Part shown: positions 60,836 through 64,000 of the stretch, one piece after another
How the letters are laid out: every line of letters begins with the position of its first letter
How positions within the stretch are numbered: position 1 is the first letter of the stretch
Source of the DNA: the human T2T-CHM13v2.0 reference genome, Homo sapiens
Direction: 5' to 3' (one strand)
Assembly (NCBI RefSeq): GCF_009914755.1
Contig: NC_060934.1
DNA length: 64,000 bases
Translations under genes and position numbers: made by a program
Notes under the pieces: model-generated
What the model saw: the letters and a program-made list of their open reading frames with translations, nothing else
What the model was told of the DNA's origin: nothing
Databases searched by the model: none

Positions 60836-63629
60836 CTCTCCTAGCAGAGAGGTGGGTGGGGGGTAGAGCTGAGACTTTTCATTGTATCCCAAATTGCGTT
60901 TTATAAAAGCCTAGTAACAGTGACGATTGCTTCTGGGAAGGGAGACTGGTGACAGGTGTGAAGGAGACTGTTTTCCGAATGACCCTTTATACTGTTGAGA
61001 TTTTTAATTATAGGCCTATATTACCTATTAGCAAATGTAAAGGCTAAAATATCAGGCATCTGCTTTTTATGTAATTTTCATGTTTATAGTAACAAATAAG
61101 TGGGAAACAAATACCCCTTTGAACACTGTAATCACGTGAACAACTTCCCTTGAAAACGTGTTCTGAGAAGTTCCCTTCAGGGAGAGATCATGCTTCCGTG
61201 GATAACTGATACCCTTAAAGACATTTGATGTTTGTGTCTGATGAATAATTAGTATATGATGCCAAAGAAAGTTCAGCTAAAGTTTCTGGAAGTATTGGGT
61301 AGGTGGCAGGGAGAGTCCAAGACCTTGGTAGCTGTGTTTTAGATTTACAGGGGGAATGGACTCATTGTCATTAATCCGTAACTGAGTGTGATGGCGCCAT
61401 GGAGAATGACACTGTGACAACTGATTTTTTACTATTTTAAGTCCACATCAATTCAGCATATTTCCTACACATCTATTATGTTCGAGGGGCTGGACTTAGC
61501 TGTGCCTGGGATCAGTCTATGCCTTCAGAAGTAGGGCAGAGCTGGCATACTGGTAACTCCAGGCTACGGCAGCAGGTGATCAGAGGTCCTGGAGGGAGGA
61601 CTGTGGAGAGGTCTTAGGGGAGGGTGAGATCTGGAATGCAGGGAAAGGGCACAGAAGGACACTCACCAGCACCTTTACCAGTTATTAGCCTGTGCTTTGT
61701 GTGTAGCAACAGAAGCTCTCATAAAACTCAGTTTTCTTGTATTTCATCTTCTTCAGGAGAACATACTAACAAATGGGTCTTCTTTTTCTCATTACAAATT
61801 GGCATTTCTGATGAGCAAGGACCTAATCCCCAGATTTCTAGGCTCTGCAAGTGCAGGTTTCAATATCAGACACCCACACAGGTCCAGAAGGGCACATGCC
61901 CTTATCCATTCGGAGCCAAATTCATTTTGTTGAACAGTTTGAAAGTTTGGACTTAACCTCTGAACTGGCCAGCACCTGACTGATCTACAATCGTGGCTTA
62001 AATTAATTGGCTTTGCTCACATCTGCATCCTGACCAGGCATTTGAAGGAGTAGCTGCTGTTTACCAGTAACAGCCCCAGCTCATCATTCATCACCTTTTA
62101 TAAAGGTTTGAGGAGGAAGAGGAATTTGGACTTCCTTGTAATAGCTGCCACCGTCTTCCCATGGCAACTTAAACAAAGTAGCCTTTTCTTAGATGAGACT
62201 GTGCCAGACTGGTGAGTCTTGTGTTATAAAATATTATATGTTGCATATAATACAGACAGATAAAAGTTGTTGATTAGGAGAAATGTTGTGTTTTGACAGC
62301 ATCACTGAACTGAAGATCTCCACCTCTGCAGAAAATGCATAGAGCCTTCTTTAAGATGCAGTGAACAGCTAGATGAATACACTGAATTATTTTTCCTCTA
62401 ATATAGCTGATGGGATGAAAAAAGTTTGTTTCCTTGATCAAGACTGGGGAGTTAGGATGAGAAGCTTGAATTCCAAGGGTCCTTTTACCATGAAGGAAGT
62501 GGTACATTGCAAAGGTATGTTTGTGGACAAGAGGGTACATTCATTCAGCTCTCCTTCATTTATAAGTCAAACAGAACATTTATAGAAAATGAAATGGTTT
62601 CTATAAAGACCTAGCTTACAGTTTAAATGTGAGGTGGACCAAGATGGTGTTTGTGGTAGTGTTTTCTTCTGGAATGCTTAGTACATTGGGACAAATGAAG
62701 CAGGATTAGCTGTGTGTCACGTTGTCCTGGGCAGGGCATGAGGAACCCCAAAGTACAAAATGTCAGTGGATTCAATTTGTGCTGCCAAACAAGAGTCACC
62801 TCCAAATATTCTCCACACCTGCATGGAATTAATTTCCGTTCCCTATGTGTGATGGGAGAGAAATCACACACTTAATCTATATCATATGTCTTAGAAAAGT
62901 TCCAGACAGACACCAGCCTGGAGTGAGAAATGTGGATTTTTCAGTGACTGATGTTTAAAGGGTAACATTTCCTTAGTTTCATAAAACAGAATGAAGGACT
63001 TTTTCGGGCCTGCTTTAAAGGAAATCTTGCAAGAGTCCCTGCTGGTGGAGAAAAAAACACCAGCAGTAGGAATACCTTCCTCTGATAACATGGTCTGTTA
63101 GCCCCAGTTTGACATGGTACACAGGTGAGTTGCTTAAAATAAATAAAAAAGTTCAGGATGAGGGGTACATGGGAAAGGAGCTTCTCTGCTCTTTGGCTAC
63201 CTGAAATGTGCACACAAAATGCTAATATTGGTGCATTTTATGAGTTCATAGCTTTTGTCAGATTCTCAAGTCCACGGACCAGAAAAGTTTAGGGCATGCT
63301 CACCACCTTCCATGACTGCAAATCTAAAACAAATTAGAAAAACAAATGTAAAAGAACTGTCAATAAACAGAAGAAATTATATATGGACTTTCACTAATAA
63401 TGAAATGGGAGTGGACTTTGCAAGCATGAAAGGAATGGGAAAATTCACAAAAGAAAAATTCAATATTCAAAACCAGAATTATTCTTATGCCAAAAAATCA
63501 TAACTAAAATTACATTAAAATATTTTTAAAAGAAACTTATAAACCAAGAAGAAAACCTCTACCTCTCAAACAGAAATAAATAGGCAAAGGATAGGAAAAG
63601 ACAAGTCACAGAACAAATACAGTGAACAG

Positions 63630-63804
63630 CAGTGGTATGCTTGAGCTGGCTGGTACTGGCTCATAACTGCCAGTTCCCTACTCCTCATTCAGTAATGTCA
63701 CACTAGTAGCTTGAAACTGGCCACAATGGGAAGTTTTATACCAGAGAAATCAGCTGTAAATCAGAATTTTTTTTTAAAAGGGCCAGTTTGCCAGCATACC
63801 ATTG
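63630..63804 (-). mobile_element. MER63A-like hAT fossil nested in old L1M sequence
   Basis: Terminal inverted repeats 'cagtggtatgct' and 'agcataccattg'. Confidence 0.7.
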
Positions 63805-64000
63805 GCTAATGGATACATAAAAAGTAGTTCAAGTGTACCAGTAATCAAAAAAATACAAGGAGAAATGAGGTCTGGACAAGGTGGAATAAGTACATTTCAC
63901 CCTATTTCTCCTGCTAAGTGCAACAAAAATGTCTGGACATAAAGTATGCTGGCTAGGGATCTCAGAACTCAAGGAACTACCCAGTGGTGTGTTTGTGTGT

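Overview
Primate (most likely human, chr10q26.2 by recognition) genomic DNA, not prokaryotic. The + strand carries coding exons 2-11 of FANK1 (fibronectin type III plus ankyrin repeats) at 10636-39934. Every exon has a canonical AG/GT boundary, the phases chain, and the total is 1025 nt (1038 nt, 345 aa, with the 13-nt first exon that lies outside the window). The - strand carries the last two exons of the long (membrane) isoform of ADAM12 and a ~4.9 kb 3'UTR, so the two genes are tail-to-tail about 2.8 kb apart. The rest is intronic repeat: an older-subfamily SVA, about ten Alus, two large rearranged primate L1s, MaLR solo LTRs, hAT DNA-transposon fossils, and L2/MIR/L1M fragments. Almost all ORFs in the supplied track are spurious. 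I found no new biological system. The best leads are regulatory: an in-frame 78-nt GC-donor cassette exon, a last-intron-retention switch that removes a polybasic CxC tail, a forkhead-motif cluster, a CRE/AP-1 cluster with an exon-like unit, ADAM12 alternative polyadenylation separating miR-29 from miR-200 sites, and unusual L1 rearrangements. All coordinates were counted by eye and repeat subfamily calls are approximate.
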